Shown here: positions 12,867 through 25,425 of the stretch, piece after piece
Layout of the letters: each line of letters starts with the position of its first letter
How positions within the stretch are numbered: position 1 is the stretch's first letter
Assembly (NCBI RefSeq): GCF_035084215.1
Contig: NC_090330.1
Span: 96,906,001 to 96,970,000, forward strand
DNA: 64,000 nt
Source: Heptranchias perlo
Lineage: Eukaryota
Reading direction: 5' to 3'
Position numbers and translations under genes: made by a program
Notes under the pieces: model-generated
Seen by the model: the letters and a program-made list of their open reading frames with translations, nothing else
The model's database searches: none
What the model was told of the DNA's origin: nothing

Positions 12867-13355
12867 CTTAACATATTGTGACAGAGGTGACCAGCAGATC
12901 CCTGGTATTTCTTATGTCCATTTTCTATATTGTTGTGTAATAATTATAAGTTATGATCTTTTACCACCAATAAATATGCTTTTTATTTGGAATCTGAGTT
13001 CTTAAGGTAAATGTATTGCACTATAGTTCATTCAGGTATATGAATATTACTAACAGTAACATATAGTATAGAAACATGACTGCTATTGATATCTGATTTC
13101 TTGAGATTATTTATTAATATTTATGGCTTTTTAATTATCAAAATGCGAATCTGCTTTTTGTCTATATTTAGATGAACACAATAATGCTTCAATTATAGAG
13201 GCTGGAACGAATAAACACATTTATTTGATCCAAATACTGTTGTAGCTTTAGAAATGCAGTGATAATTCAACAACTGCCACTAGGTCATGTACAATTGAAT
13301 TTCATGGAACTTAATCTCTGTCTCAGCTGTGTAAATGTTGAAATACTCTTGCAAT

Positions 13356-13436
13356 TCCCCATTTGAGAAAATATTTTGCCTCACTCGGTACAGAAGTCCC
13401 ACATGCTGACTCGGAATATTTTGGTATTTATTCATT
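13356..13436 (+). repeat. ~80-bp local direct repeat, copy B
   Basis: Close match to 12142-12225. Confidence 0.85.
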
Positions 13437-14755
13437 TATTTCAGAGGAAACGTTCTAGTCCTCCATAAATCACAATATTGGTAGTGCACTTATGAAATTT
13501 AAGCAATTTCATGAAACACTTCAGGTGAAATTTTGCTGATAATAAATCATTATTGCTTGGTGTGTAAACAGTTTCATTCACATCAGCTGTTATTGTGATG
13601 GACCACTCTGCTATTAGTTCACAGAGATCTCTATAATAACTTCAGATTTTTATATCTTGTATTAGAAAAGGGTAATTGTTCTCAAATCATTGATGCCTTC
13701 AGTCCTATCATTCAATTTGAATTCCCTGATTTGTCGTCTGGTTTTAAATCTCAGCCTATCTATCCTCAGGAGATAATTGGGAACATTTGCATCAAATATT
13801 ACGATGGGTTCATTTGCATTTATATTGATTAAAATAAATCTTTACATATTTTCATTTAACACAGACATTTTATTTTCCATTCATCCATTCACACAGGGTT
13901 TAACAAATGATTTGTTATTCTGATTAAATACCTTTCCTTGTAGAGAGAGAGTAGAATATTACAGACAAAGAACCAGGACATTTTGGTGGCGAGAACGGCT
14001 ATGGGATCAATAATGATTAAACCACTGCGCTGCCCAATTTCTAAAGTCCCTAAAAAGCCCATGAAAACCCATAATTTTCAGACCATGCACTAATGACTCT
14101 CTTAGAATCCCTTGAATTTCAAGCATAGATAATTGAAATTCATTCTGACTTCACGTGGGAGCCAGTAAATTACCTCCGCTGCGTTATTGCATCATTTACT
14201 GACTTTGAATAGTTTCCAGGATTGTGCGAAAAAAGAGCTGCTTAATGCTTTTTAATATTTGTATCAGTACAAATGAAATGGAATGAAAAAGCCCTGATGA
14301 GATGAAAATAATTTTGTTTTGTAGCCATTCATTTACATCAGTGGGAAGTAGTCTTTGATGACCAATGTCAGTGTGCATTAAAACAGAAACTGTCAACAAT
14401 ACAAAGTCCCTATACAAATAGTACAATAAAACACAATCTCTATAATAGGGGAGCTAAACTTTCCATTTTACCACTCGAGGATGTTGATTGTAGAGCTTTA
14501 TTTTACTATAAGGTAAGCTATTACGCAGATGAAGAAATTATACTGACGCATCAATAACGCTCTCAATCTTTCTCTTTCACCATCACAACAACACAATTTT
14601 AATCACTTCTTCAACCTTTGGTCAACGTTGCTATAAACCTCTACTGCAGTTAATATTTGTTTCAAGAGAAAACACAAGCCTTGAAATTACACTGTGGGAT
14701 AATGTTGTATGAACTCCTAATACTTTGTTCATATTCGTTCCTCTACGATTTTAAT

Positions 14756-15010
14756 TGTAAACAATTTTACAACACCAAGTTAGAGTCCAGCAATTTTATT
14801 TTAAATTCACAAGCTTTCGGAGGCTACCTCCTTCCTCAGGTGAACGATGTGGAAATGAAATCCTCGAAATGAAGTCGCATTTATAATTCACAGAACAATG
14901 CTTGGTGAGTACAGACAGTTTTTTCAACTGCCCGTTGCCAAGGCAATCAGTGTGCAGACAGACAGGTGTTACCTGCCAGGTCTCACAGAATATACACATA
15001 ATCGCCACAT
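14756..15010 (-). mobile_element. Penelope-like insertion (copy 3): long antisense arm plus a few nt of sense tail
   Basis: Antisense 3'UTR 14753-~14998 (caactgcccgttgccaaggcaatc matches 39168-39191), then atcgccacat (tail end is atctccacat); TSD tacgattttaat 14744-14755/15011-15022. Confidence 0.88.
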
Positions 15011-15419
15011 TACGATTTTAATGACAGTGTTGAAATGTTTAAAGTAAAAGGGTATTATCTCCACTGAACTGAAAGATAAAGGATTTTCAGGTTAACTCAC
15101 TAAATATTTGCAAACTATTATACCCCAGCATAATTTCAAGACCATTTTTTTTTCATTCGACAACTATCATGAACTAGGAATTGAACCTACGTTTTCTGAA
15201 TATGTGCCAGCAGTGAATAACCTGTTGTCAACAAGTCATTTGCCACCAGCACATGTCGAAAATCAGCGGGCATCATGCCCTCGATTTTCCCATAATCCCT
15301 GTAGGCAGGCAAAGTTACTCACCTCTGGTGTACACTCAGGAAATTTGCCAAATATTCTCTGATTTCGTGCTATTTTCAGATTCTACTGTCAATATGAATA
15401 CTAGAAATTGATAATAAAA

Positions 15420-15570
15420 CAACAACAACATGCATTTATATAGCACCTTTAACCCAGTAAAAATGTCTCAAGACGCTTCACAGGAAAGTCATCAGACAAA
15501 ATATGACACCGAGCCACATCAGGAGAATTTAGGACAGGTGTCCAAAAGCTTGGTCAAAGAGGTAGGTTTT
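15420..15570 (-). mobile_element. L2 LINE 3' tail
   Basis: aacaacaacatgcatttatatagcacctttaac...aaaagcttggtcaaagaggtagg is the reverse complement of the L2 end at 9520-9660. Confidence 0.8.
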
Positions 15571-15574
15571 AATA

Positions 15575-15680
15575 AAATCAGAACCGAAAATGCTGGAAAC
15601 ACTCAGCTGGTCAGGCAGCATGTGGGTAGAGAGAAACATAGTTAACATTTCATGTTGATGATCTTTCGTTGGAACTGGAA
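15575..15680 (-). mobile_element. Probable 3' end of a second, older Penelope-like family
   Basis: Minus strand ttccaacgaaagatcatcaacatgaaatgttaac..tgctgcctgaccagctgagtgtttccagcattttc; looks like a decayed CUGAnGA..GAAAC hammerhead end. Confidence 0.5.
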
Positions 15681-16971
15681 GATATTCAAGATGAACAACA
15701 ACGCGAAATGTATATATTATTTCCTGTTGAACATTGTAATCTATCTGTATATCTTAAAACCTACAAAGAGTTCAATATTGGGATGGAGAGATGGTATTGA
15801 AATTGCTGCACTACAAACAGAAAGAGGATGATTGATCGTGGCATGAATGATGGCTCCTTTAGAGTGAAAAACTGGGATTTGAGCTATGCAGTATGAACAA
15901 TGTAAGTTATATCAAAAATTGTTCAATTAATTGGCAGAAATACACATGAAGCTTGTGAGTAGAACATAGAATTTAAATTTATATAACACTGAATGCCACC
16001 CATCAACATTATATATGGAGGACTAAAGAGTGATACTGATTCTTCTGTATCATTTAACAATGTCAGTTTAATTCACTGAAAAGAAAATGCCAGACATTTG
16101 ACTGGAAATGTATTGTGACTGATAGAAAATGGTGACTAATAGCCCTAACAAAGAACTAAATTATGTAGAAGATCACTTAAATTATCTAACCACTATCTGC
16201 GAAAGACAGAATTTCTCATCCAATAATTTAATTTGTAAGACATTGATGTGCCATTTCAAGGTTTGCAGAAGGTTCTAAGTTTCAAAATTCCTTTGAATAT
16301 TAAGATCACACTTATTGGCTTAAGAACTTATTAATGAATAATGAACATAATGAACTCATACACGTGAGTTCACTGATAGTTCTTTATGGTTATGTTTAAA
16401 AAGATGAAGTAAATATTTTTTTTAATCTGGCTCGCCATTACTTTAAGATTATGTGAAAATGTTGTTTCCCTCAATTAGTTTGCTTTTCATCTTACATGGG
16501 TGGTTAAATGAAAACAGTAACGTTATATAGAGAAATCAATTTGCCTCTCAGTCACTTACAAGTTAGTAATTCAATTAAGTAGCTCAGAGGCTACAATAAA
16601 CCGCAAGAACAATATCAAATGGTTTGCGTTCATAATTTGAACCTGCAAAATAGGATTACTGGCTTGTAATTTATTGGGAGTTATTGGCTATTAGTTAATA
16701 AATGTGTTTTTCTATTTGTCAACATTTTCTTGAAATATGGATTTTCATACTGTATTTTTATATGCCCTTGAAGTTCACAAGCAAAAATAATCTAATCAAA
16801 TCACCTGCTAAGAGGTAGTTATATTTCACAATTCATTATGCAGTTGATAACCTGCCTGTCTAGGATGTCAAGGACCATCCGTTTATTGAAGTGGGACCCA
16901 CAGTATGATCAGGTCATTATTGCTAGTGAATTTCAGAGACATTCCCTGTGACGCGCATATTGTATTGATAG

Positions 16972-18037
16972 TGGCTGGAGTCATACCTAGCACAAAGGAA
17001 GATGGTAGTGTTTGTTGGAGGTCAATCATCTCAGCCCCAGGACATTGCTGCAGGAGTTCCTCAGGGCAGTGTCCTAGGCCCAGCCATCTTCAGCTGCTTC
17101 ATCAATGACCTTCCCTCCATCATAAGGTCAGAAATGGGGATGTTCACTGATGATTGCACAGTGTACAGTTCCATTCGCAACCCCTCAGATAATGAAGCAG
17201 TTCGTGCCCGCATGCAGCAAGACCTGGACAACATCCAGGTTTGGGCTGATAAGTGGCAAGTAACATTTGCGCCAGACAAGTGCCAGGCAATGACCATCTC
17301 CAACAAGAGAGAGTTTAACCACCTCCCCTTGTCATTCAACGGCATTACCATCGCCGAATCCCCCACCATCAACATCCTGGGGGTCACCTTTGACCAGAAA
17401 CTGAACTGGACCAGCCATATAAATACTGTGGCTACAAGAGCAGGTCAGAGGCTGGGTATTCTGTGGCGAGTGACTCACCTCCTGACTCCCCAAAGCCTTT
17501 CCACTATCTACAAGGCACAAGTCAGGAGTGTGATGGAATACTCTCCACTTGTCTGGATGAGTGCTGCTCCAACAACACTCAAGAAGCTCGACATCATCCA
17601 GGACAAAGCAGCCCGCTTGATTGGCACCCGATCCACCACCCTAAACATTCACTCCCTTCACCACTGGTGCACAGTGGCTGCAGTGTGTACCATCCACAGG
17701 ATGCTCTGCAGCAACTTGCCAAGGCTTCTTCGACAGCACCTCCCAAACCTGCGACCTCTACCACCTAAAAGGACAAGGGCAGCAGGCACACAGGAACAAC
17801 ACCACCTGCATGTTCCCCTCCAAGTCACACACCATCCCGACTTGGAAATATATCGCCGTTCCTTCATCGTCGCTGGGTCAAAATCCTGGAACTCCCTTCC
17901 TAACAGCACTGTGGGAGAACCTTCACCACACGGACTGCAGCGGGGGCTCACTACCACCTTCTCAAGGGCAATTAGGGATGGGCAATAAATGCTGGCCTCG
18001 CCAGCGATGCCCACATCCCATGAACGAATAAAAAAAA
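16972..18037 (+). mobile_element. 5'-truncated CR1-group LINE (same family as 5137-8311)
   Basis: ORF 17002-17988 GVPQGSVLGP, MFTDD, LGVTFDQKLNWTSH; tail gggcaataaatgctggcc..gaacgaataaaaaaaa. Confidence 0.92.
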
Positions 18038-18078
18038 TGATTCTCGGTTATGGGCTCTCTCAATGACTTAACAATTTT

Positions 18079-18280
18079 AAACAATTTTACAACACCAAGT
18101 TATAGTCCAGCAATTTTATTTTAAATTCACAAGCTTTCGGAGGCTACCTCCTTCCTCAGGTGAAGGAAGGAGGTAGCCTCCGAAAGCTTGTGAATTTAAA
18201 ATAAAATTGCTGGACTATAACTTGGTGTTGTAAAATTGTTTACAATTGTCAACCCCAGTCCATCACCGGCATCTCCACAT
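18079..18280. mobile_element. Short palindromic Penelope-like insertion (copy 4)
   Basis: Arms 18078-18156/18164-18242, tail to 18280, TSD cttaacaatttt 18067-18078/18281-18292. Confidence 0.93.
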
Positions 18281-19199
18281 CTTAACAATTTTGCACAGTG
18301 AGTGGCTAAGCCACACAAACCAGGAAGGTCAAAGGTTTGATTACCTGATTGCTGACTTAATTGATCTCAGCCTGGGTGCTACAATTGGCTTGGGCCAAGG
18401 AGGCGGAAAACAAACCAGAGTTCCTGCTTTTAATTACTGGTGGAAATGTGGATGTTGGATTAGGACAAGATTGGGCTTGGCTTCAATGCCTCTAATGGTT
18501 TGATACCCTACTGAAATTCACTGTCAATGAATAAACGGCATTTAGGCAAGGTACTGGCGGGTGACTGAGGCTCGAGAAATTATGCTGCAACAGGAAATTA
18601 ATGCCTTCTGGAGAAGAGAAGGGAAGAAAACTGACTAGAAGGAAAAATAAAATTATTGCAGCGCCATACATTACTAGTTGTTATGTCATTGCAACTGGAT
18701 ATAAAATAAAATGAGTTAACTATATATATTATCGAGGAGCCTTTTATAATAAAATCCAATTTGTTACAAAAAAGCTTACCATATCAGTAACAGTAGTTTG
18801 CTTTATGAGTGTAACTGTCAGACAGTTTGATATACTGGAGAAAGCAGCTAGTTCATTGCAGGAAATAGTCAGCTCACTTGTTGCTTTCTTAATGCCAATT
18901 CATTGATAGGTTGAAAGACTCCCTAATTTAAAGGGTGTGCTTTTCTTTCTGTGTTGACTTGTGAATCTGACTGTGTCGTTTAAAACAAAGGCAACCTGAG
19001 GTTTGAATTGCATGGCCTTGAAATTCGAGCATGCAGGGAGCAATCCCCGCGCCTCAGTAGATAGACCCGAGGTGCGTGTGATATTCGGACCCTCAGGGTC
19101 AGAGGATCCAAGCACTGATGCAATATTGCTTGCCAACACTGTGTCTGCCATTATTGAGATTTTGGACTCCAATGTATAGGAGGCTTTCACTTCTGTACT

Positions 19200-20750
19200 T
19201 GAAAGTATAGGGGATCAGTTAGAGCTTGAAGGTGGGCAAGGGTGTGTCCCCACACAGATTCCTAGTAATTCACCAGGGGCATCCAGGAGTTTGGGGTATG
19301 GCAGGAAGGGGAATGATTGAGGACTTGACCTTTCAGTGTGATCACCCATTTGTCCCTCCCAGAAGGCCCCATCAGAGGACTACAGAAGAGCAGATAAGGG
19401 TCAGGATCAGGCAGCCAGCCGGCGCGGATGCTGGTAGTAGTGGCAGGGCCATTTTAAAAGCCAACAAAAAGAGGGGAATTGTCACAGGTACATCACCAGG
19501 TGCTCGCTGAGGAACACTGGCAGATCACAACATTTGCTGCTCCCATTGAGGTGGCCCTTAGAAGGAGCACAAGATTAACAAGTAGATGAGACTTACCCTA
19601 CACTATCACCAAAGGTGAGCACCAGGAAAGCAAACATTTAATCCGGGGGACACATACCTGGAGTAGGGAAATAAACTGGTTGCCCCTTGCTTGGCATATA
19701 CTGTGTAGAATTTGTGTCAGAAGAGATAAATGAATGTTGCTGTTGGGGTAAACATGGGGTGGTTGTGAAGGCAGGGGGCATTTGTCCCAACATATTGGTA
19801 TGGGGACTACTGTTGTATAGAGAGGACCATATGGCTGTTAATCTGGTGACTTAAGTGGTGCTTTTAACTGAAAGTTGTGTCAATCAATAATTGATGCACT
19901 AGCCTGCCAGCTGTGCATCAGCCTCAACCTCCACCAATTCTCATTCCTCCTCTTCCTCCTCCTCTGCCAAAGCTGCAGGCCCACCTTCCTACTCCTCTGG
20001 CAGAATAGGTTTCCCTCTTTGAATTGCAAAATGCGGGAGATGCAGATGATCTTGCCAACTTTCTCAAGGCTGCAAAGCAGGATCCCAGCTGATCTGTCCA
20101 GACAGTGGAATTGCTAATTCAGCATGCTAATTGTAATCAGAACCACAACTTATTGGAGGCATGGGCCTCATTATACTTTCTTTCCACCTGTATGTGTGTA
20201 CGCATGCATGTGTGTATGTGTTTGTATGTGGTGGGTGGGGGCTTGCCTGGATTTTAAAAGACAGTGCTCCAAGGGGTTGTGCTGGTCTCCCAACAGCCAT
20301 CCATTCAGTCTGTCTACTACTTCAACTCCTGGAATGGCACAAGATGAAGGCATTGTAGCTGCTGCCAGGATATTATGCAGTCACCTGCTTTATTTTGTTC
20401 TGGTGGTCCAATTGCACATTGATGGAAAGGAAGCTTTTCCGATTTATATATGCCACAGGGTTTTTGTCAAGGGCCTTGATGGCTATGTGGATGCTGCCAT
20501 GTACTTTAAGGAAACTAGTAACCAGGCAGAAATGCTACGCCCTCTCTAGCTATTGCCTCCCCTCCATGGGAATAGTGACAAAAGTGCTATCATGGCAAAG
20601 AAGGCTTCAGTGATGTGCTTGATGGTTCAGTGGTCCGGCATCTGTCTGATCTGGCTTAATGGAAGGGTTGGTGTAAAACTTCAATGCAGTTATGGACTTT
20701 CACTTAAAGAGACGGGGCTTTAACTATGCTGGACCTTGTCTGTAGCTCAG
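19200..20750. mobile_element. Decayed Harbinger element (Myb 3' end on +, HARBI1-like transposase on -)
   Basis: Minus strand INRKSFLSINVQ, YPGS, GWLLGD at 20250-20500; acidic tail near 19940-19990. Confidence 0.65.
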
Positions 20751-22239
20751 GCTATAGTAGAGGGAACAACCCACCGAATCAGATACATCGAAGGCTGGTA
20801 TGTTCAGACATACTCGATTAGTTGTGCCTGGATCGGATGGTATGATTCTTGGGCTGATGGCAGGTGGATACTTGGTTGTGAAAACCATGCAACTTAATGG
20901 AAGAGAAATTAAAGAGGAAGAGGAATGTAATGTTTTGCAGGGATGAAGGCAAGGGAAAGAAGAAAAAATAAATTGTGTCTTTGTAATGTGGCTATATATT
21001 ATAAGGAATTGTGAGAAATGTGATCTTATCAGATTTACTTATATATGTATTCAATAGTAATAACATATTTCATTATTCATACTCATGCAATAAAATTTGG
21101 TTCATGAGCATAGCCAGAAAGCAGAAAATAACAACAATTATAAGAAGCCATTAAGGATCACAGACAATCATTCACAAAATAAGCATATATGTAGCTTGTA
21201 ATATAAACAGTAGCGTTTATAGTCCATGTGGTCGATGTGTAAAAAGATCAGAAGTAATTGTTAGTGTGCATACCTCGATGCAATGATTTCTAATCTACTG
21301 CTTTTCCCAAAACACTAATCTCCTCAGACGTCAGCGCACTTTGTCTGTGAAAATAGGGACCTATACTTATTCACCACACGGCACTGCTGTGAAAATATTG
21401 ATCTGTCCTCAATTGCTGACATAGTGATACTGTCAAAATAACAAATTCTACTCAATTGCAAATACAGTACTATGGTGAAAATAGCACCACATTCTCAGTC
21501 CTTGCATTGGTCACATTTATTACCAATACGTCTGCTTAATGACAAAGAGTACACTTTCTGCCAATTTTTTTGTTTTAGACTCATTCTGCTGTTCTCTAGT
21601 CTGCAGCATTATTGATTGGTTTGTTTTCAGCATTACAAGATTCAAAAATCACTTAAAACAGCTGGCATCTGAAAATTATACTTTTGCTTAAGACAGTTTT
21701 TGATGAGGTTGAAAAACAGGAACATTTCCAAAAACAATGACTGGGATTTTTCTTTTTAACTTAGTAACTAAAATAGGGTAGGATTTATTTTTAACTGACT
21801 TCTTGCTAAATGCAAATTTCAGCCTTGCCTGAAGTTCCCATTGATCAATTCAAAAAGCAAAACTTTGGAAAGAAAATTAAGGCTTCATATCGCATCGTAG
21901 GACAGAATAAAAATTCAAGGCTGGTGAAAACAGACTCGCTGCTGTAAAGTGTCCAAGCAGCGTGTTGAGGTGCTAATGAAGTTGCTAGAAGTCCCTGACC
22001 ACATCTACCATTGCCAAATACTCATTTCCATAGGCCCAGCCATAGCAACCTGACAACTTTAGAGAAAGATCTGCTTTTGCAGGCTCATGTTCAGCAGGGA
22101 AGCAGTTACGGAGCGATGCCATCTGTTGTAAACAGACTTGCAGGCAACCTTGATCAGAGGGAAGCCATTTCCAATGGCAGCTCGGGTTGCCAACTCTGGT
22201 TGGATGTATTCCTGGAGACTCTAGGACAATCCTGGAGAG

Positions 22240-22800
22240 TTGGCAACCGTAGTGACAGTTAAGCTCACTACTGCCTTCAACCTTTATGTCTCCAGAATTT
22301 TCAAAGCCACCACAGGCGGCACCTGCAATGTGAGCCAAGATGCAGTACACAGATGTATCAAACAGATCACTGGAGACAGCATTAACTCTGGTGCTAACCA
22401 CCTCTTGGTCATTTCGCATAGCTCTGCTCTGGAAGGGTGCCCTGGAGTTTCAAACAGGACAGCCAATTTTGCATGGATCTGACGCAGCAGCATCTCGTTT
22501 TGCTGCATCACAGAATCTGGCACTTCTTCTGCTCTGACACTGCATTGCACTTGTGCTGCACTAACAAGCTCTTCAGTCACATCACCTTGCAAGCTGTTAT
22601 TCCTGCCGCTCTCCACTTCAAGGGACTGCCGCAGAACTTTAAATACCTGCTCACAAATTCTGGCCACGTGCGTGTAGGTTCCTCCCATATTGCAGATGTG
22701 AACTTACCGTGAATATATAACTTAGGGCCCAAGTGAAAGTCCAAAGGGAAATGGACGCTCCTGAGTAGTCAGAAGGAAGTCCGGCCATGTTCCGTTTCCG
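22240..22800. mobile_element. Internally deleted Harbinger relic
   Basis: + strand VKLTTAFNLY..F.ATTG..CNVSQDAVHRCIKQIT (HARBI1 N-terminus); - strand PRF.DA..EMLL-like Myb start near 22480-22530. Confidence 0.55.
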
Positions 22801-22839
22801 CCCCATTAACACCACTATTGGAATTTATAACGTCGCTTC

Positions 22840-23200
22840 TCAAGATGCTTCACATTCAATTAATTACTTTTTGAAGTGTAATGATTGTTGTTATGTGGCA
22901 AATTTGAAAACAGCAGGATCCCAGAAGCAGCAATAAAATAAATTACCAGTTAGTGGTGTTATTTGAGAGAGGAATGTTGAGCATTGCGCTGGAAGAATTC
23001 TTTGCTCTTCTTCGAATTGTGCCACGTTCTCTTTAACATCCACAATTAAGTGTGCAGACAGGACCTCAATCCAATGCTTTATCTGAAGGATGGCATCTCC
23101 AACGGCAAGACACTCAATACTGCACCGCCATGTCAATCTGGATGATGTGTTTATGTCTGAAACGGGGCTTGAACCCACAATTTTCTGCCTCAGAGATTAA
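22840..23200 (-). mobile_element. Deu-domain tRNA SINE, diverged
   Basis: Reverse complement resembles 31225-31650; B-box gggttcaagcccc near 23164-23176. Confidence 0.7.
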
Positions 23201-23879
23201 AATATCAACAACTGAACAAAGCTGCTCACTCTGGATCCGGAAATTTTAATGAAAAAGCAAATAGGGTGTTGAGATATATATAATGGTGTAACTCTAATAG
23301 ATTTTACTGGATCAAGGAAAAGTTTCTCATGTAATAAAAATATTAAAAATATATATTGACATATTTTAACACAATAACATGATTAAAATTACCTACAAAA
23401 TATTGTGTCTGTGAATACTTTCTTTAAGGTTTTATTTGGAGGCAGATAATTGCAGAAAGTAACCTAGAAATTTTGGTGGTGTCACTGCAGCACTAGATAT
23501 ACAATGGGACTTGTCTTTTGCCTGTCATATTGCTGTGGTGCTGACCCCATCGGAAATCACAGGATCACTAATTAAAATATTCTTTAGTGTGTGGGCTGTG
23601 TAAATTCAGCCGGCAATGTCAGAGTTACAACTTGAAGCAGCTGAGAGGCACTTTTCCAGTGCCGATAAAATATATTAACCTCACTCTAACAGGGAAGACC
23701 CTTCCCTACACAGAATGTACGTGTGTATCAAGCAAACTGTATTTAAATGTCAGCGACTGCCACGGTATTGATTGTCACTGTGATATATGGATCAAACTTC
23801 ACACATCCATCATTATCAGTAACCAGTAGAAATGTCAACTTTAAGATTAACTATCCCTCTTGGAGTGACACACATCAGT

Positions 23880-25400
23880 ATGCCTTTCCAAATGCCAGCA
23901 GTTCAGCTTTGCAGATCTTAGCCCCTGTCTGAAGATGATGGGGAAGGGCCTTGCAGAAGCAGAAACACTGCCTTCTGTTAACAAACAACTAACATCCTTT
24001 TTTCTTTTATCCTCCACCACAGGAGAAAGTCACCCACAATAATCACAAGTTGCAGGCCACAGGTGGAGAACCACCTGACACTCGACCCTTGATGTCACTG
24101 GAGGAAGAAGTGTTGTAGATCCTGGGAAGGTCCTCAGCAGACATTGGAGATGGTGAAGTGGGAGGACCAATGGCAGTTGCAAGTTTGTCAACTCATTAGA
24201 AGTCTGTCGTTACCAAGGTTTGTGGACAAGAGCACCCATGCAAGAAACCTAATTGGCAGTGGTTAAATGCAGCTGATGAGGCTTCTCTAAAAAGCTTATA
24301 CTTCCAATATATTTTCCCCCTTAGATGAGTCACAGCGGGATGCTGTGGAGGAGAAAGAAGAAATTGAAAAAGGGGAGCACTCTTCCACTTCTGCTCTAAC
24401 AACCCCCTCACCGCCCAAGCTACCTTTCATCCTTTCTCCCTCACCAAGTCATAGAAATATACCCAAGCGGGGCACGGGGTGGGGGGGGGGGGGGTTCTAG
24501 TTGGTTGTGATAAGAGTTTGTCACTAGTTGAGTCACACAGCATAAGGGTGTTGGGAGAGACACAGGTTCCAGTGGAGTCTGGCAATTGGCACTGGAGGTG
24601 CCACAGAGGTCAGCCCCCAGCTCCAGAGCCTCAGGGCTCAGTTTTCAAGGGTTTGCTCCAAAAATACAAATGCTGGATGAGCATCACACTTATGTGGAGG
24701 CTCTGAGGACCATATTAGAGGACCTGAGACAGGTGGTGAGGATTATATTTGTGTCAATGCCATCTGCTGTGCCAATATCCAAGATAGATTCAAAATGATG
24801 CCACACTATATGCAGCAAATGGGAATTCTAGGAACCTCTGCATCCTTCCCCTCAACTAAGAGGCCTCGAGACCAGTTGGCAATTCTCATGTGAAGGCACT
24901 GACCACTGGCCTTTAGGCCTTGGAAAATGAAGGCAACCAATTTCATAAAGCTTCAAGGCACCATTTTCAGAGTCTTAATGATATAAGTGCCACCATCAGG
25001 TCTACCCTCATGCTGATCAATGGGAGGGCAGATTAAGGGATTAGCACAAGTGGCATAGCAAGAATACATCCTCATGATGCTATCCTCGCTTTCGATGACT
25101 TCTCATGTGAATTTTCCAGTCAGCCCCTTCAGATACCTGCTTATGCGAGTGGCATCATAAAGGAGCAGGCTGCCCATGCACCTGGAGCGGCCTGCAGAAG
25201 AGCTTTCCTGGGACACCGAAGCCCTGAGACGAGGGCGACTTCAGTCCCAAAATATTTATGATAACAAAGTGCAGCCAACCACCTTTGATGCCCCTGGTCC
25301 TCAGGTTGCACCTACGCGGAACATCAGGATAGGGTTAAGAACTGCACAGAAAGGGGAAACACGTCAAGAACAAGTAACAATAGTTCTAAATATTAATGTG
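23880..25400 (+). pseudogene. Harbinger Myb/SANT gene relic with intron remnants
   Basis: Acceptor ccacag then EKVTHNNHKLQATGGEPPDTRPLMSLEEEVL*ILG at 24023, homologous to exon 59548-59701. Confidence 0.6.
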
Positions 25401-25425
25401 CACAGTAAAAATACTTTGAGATATG

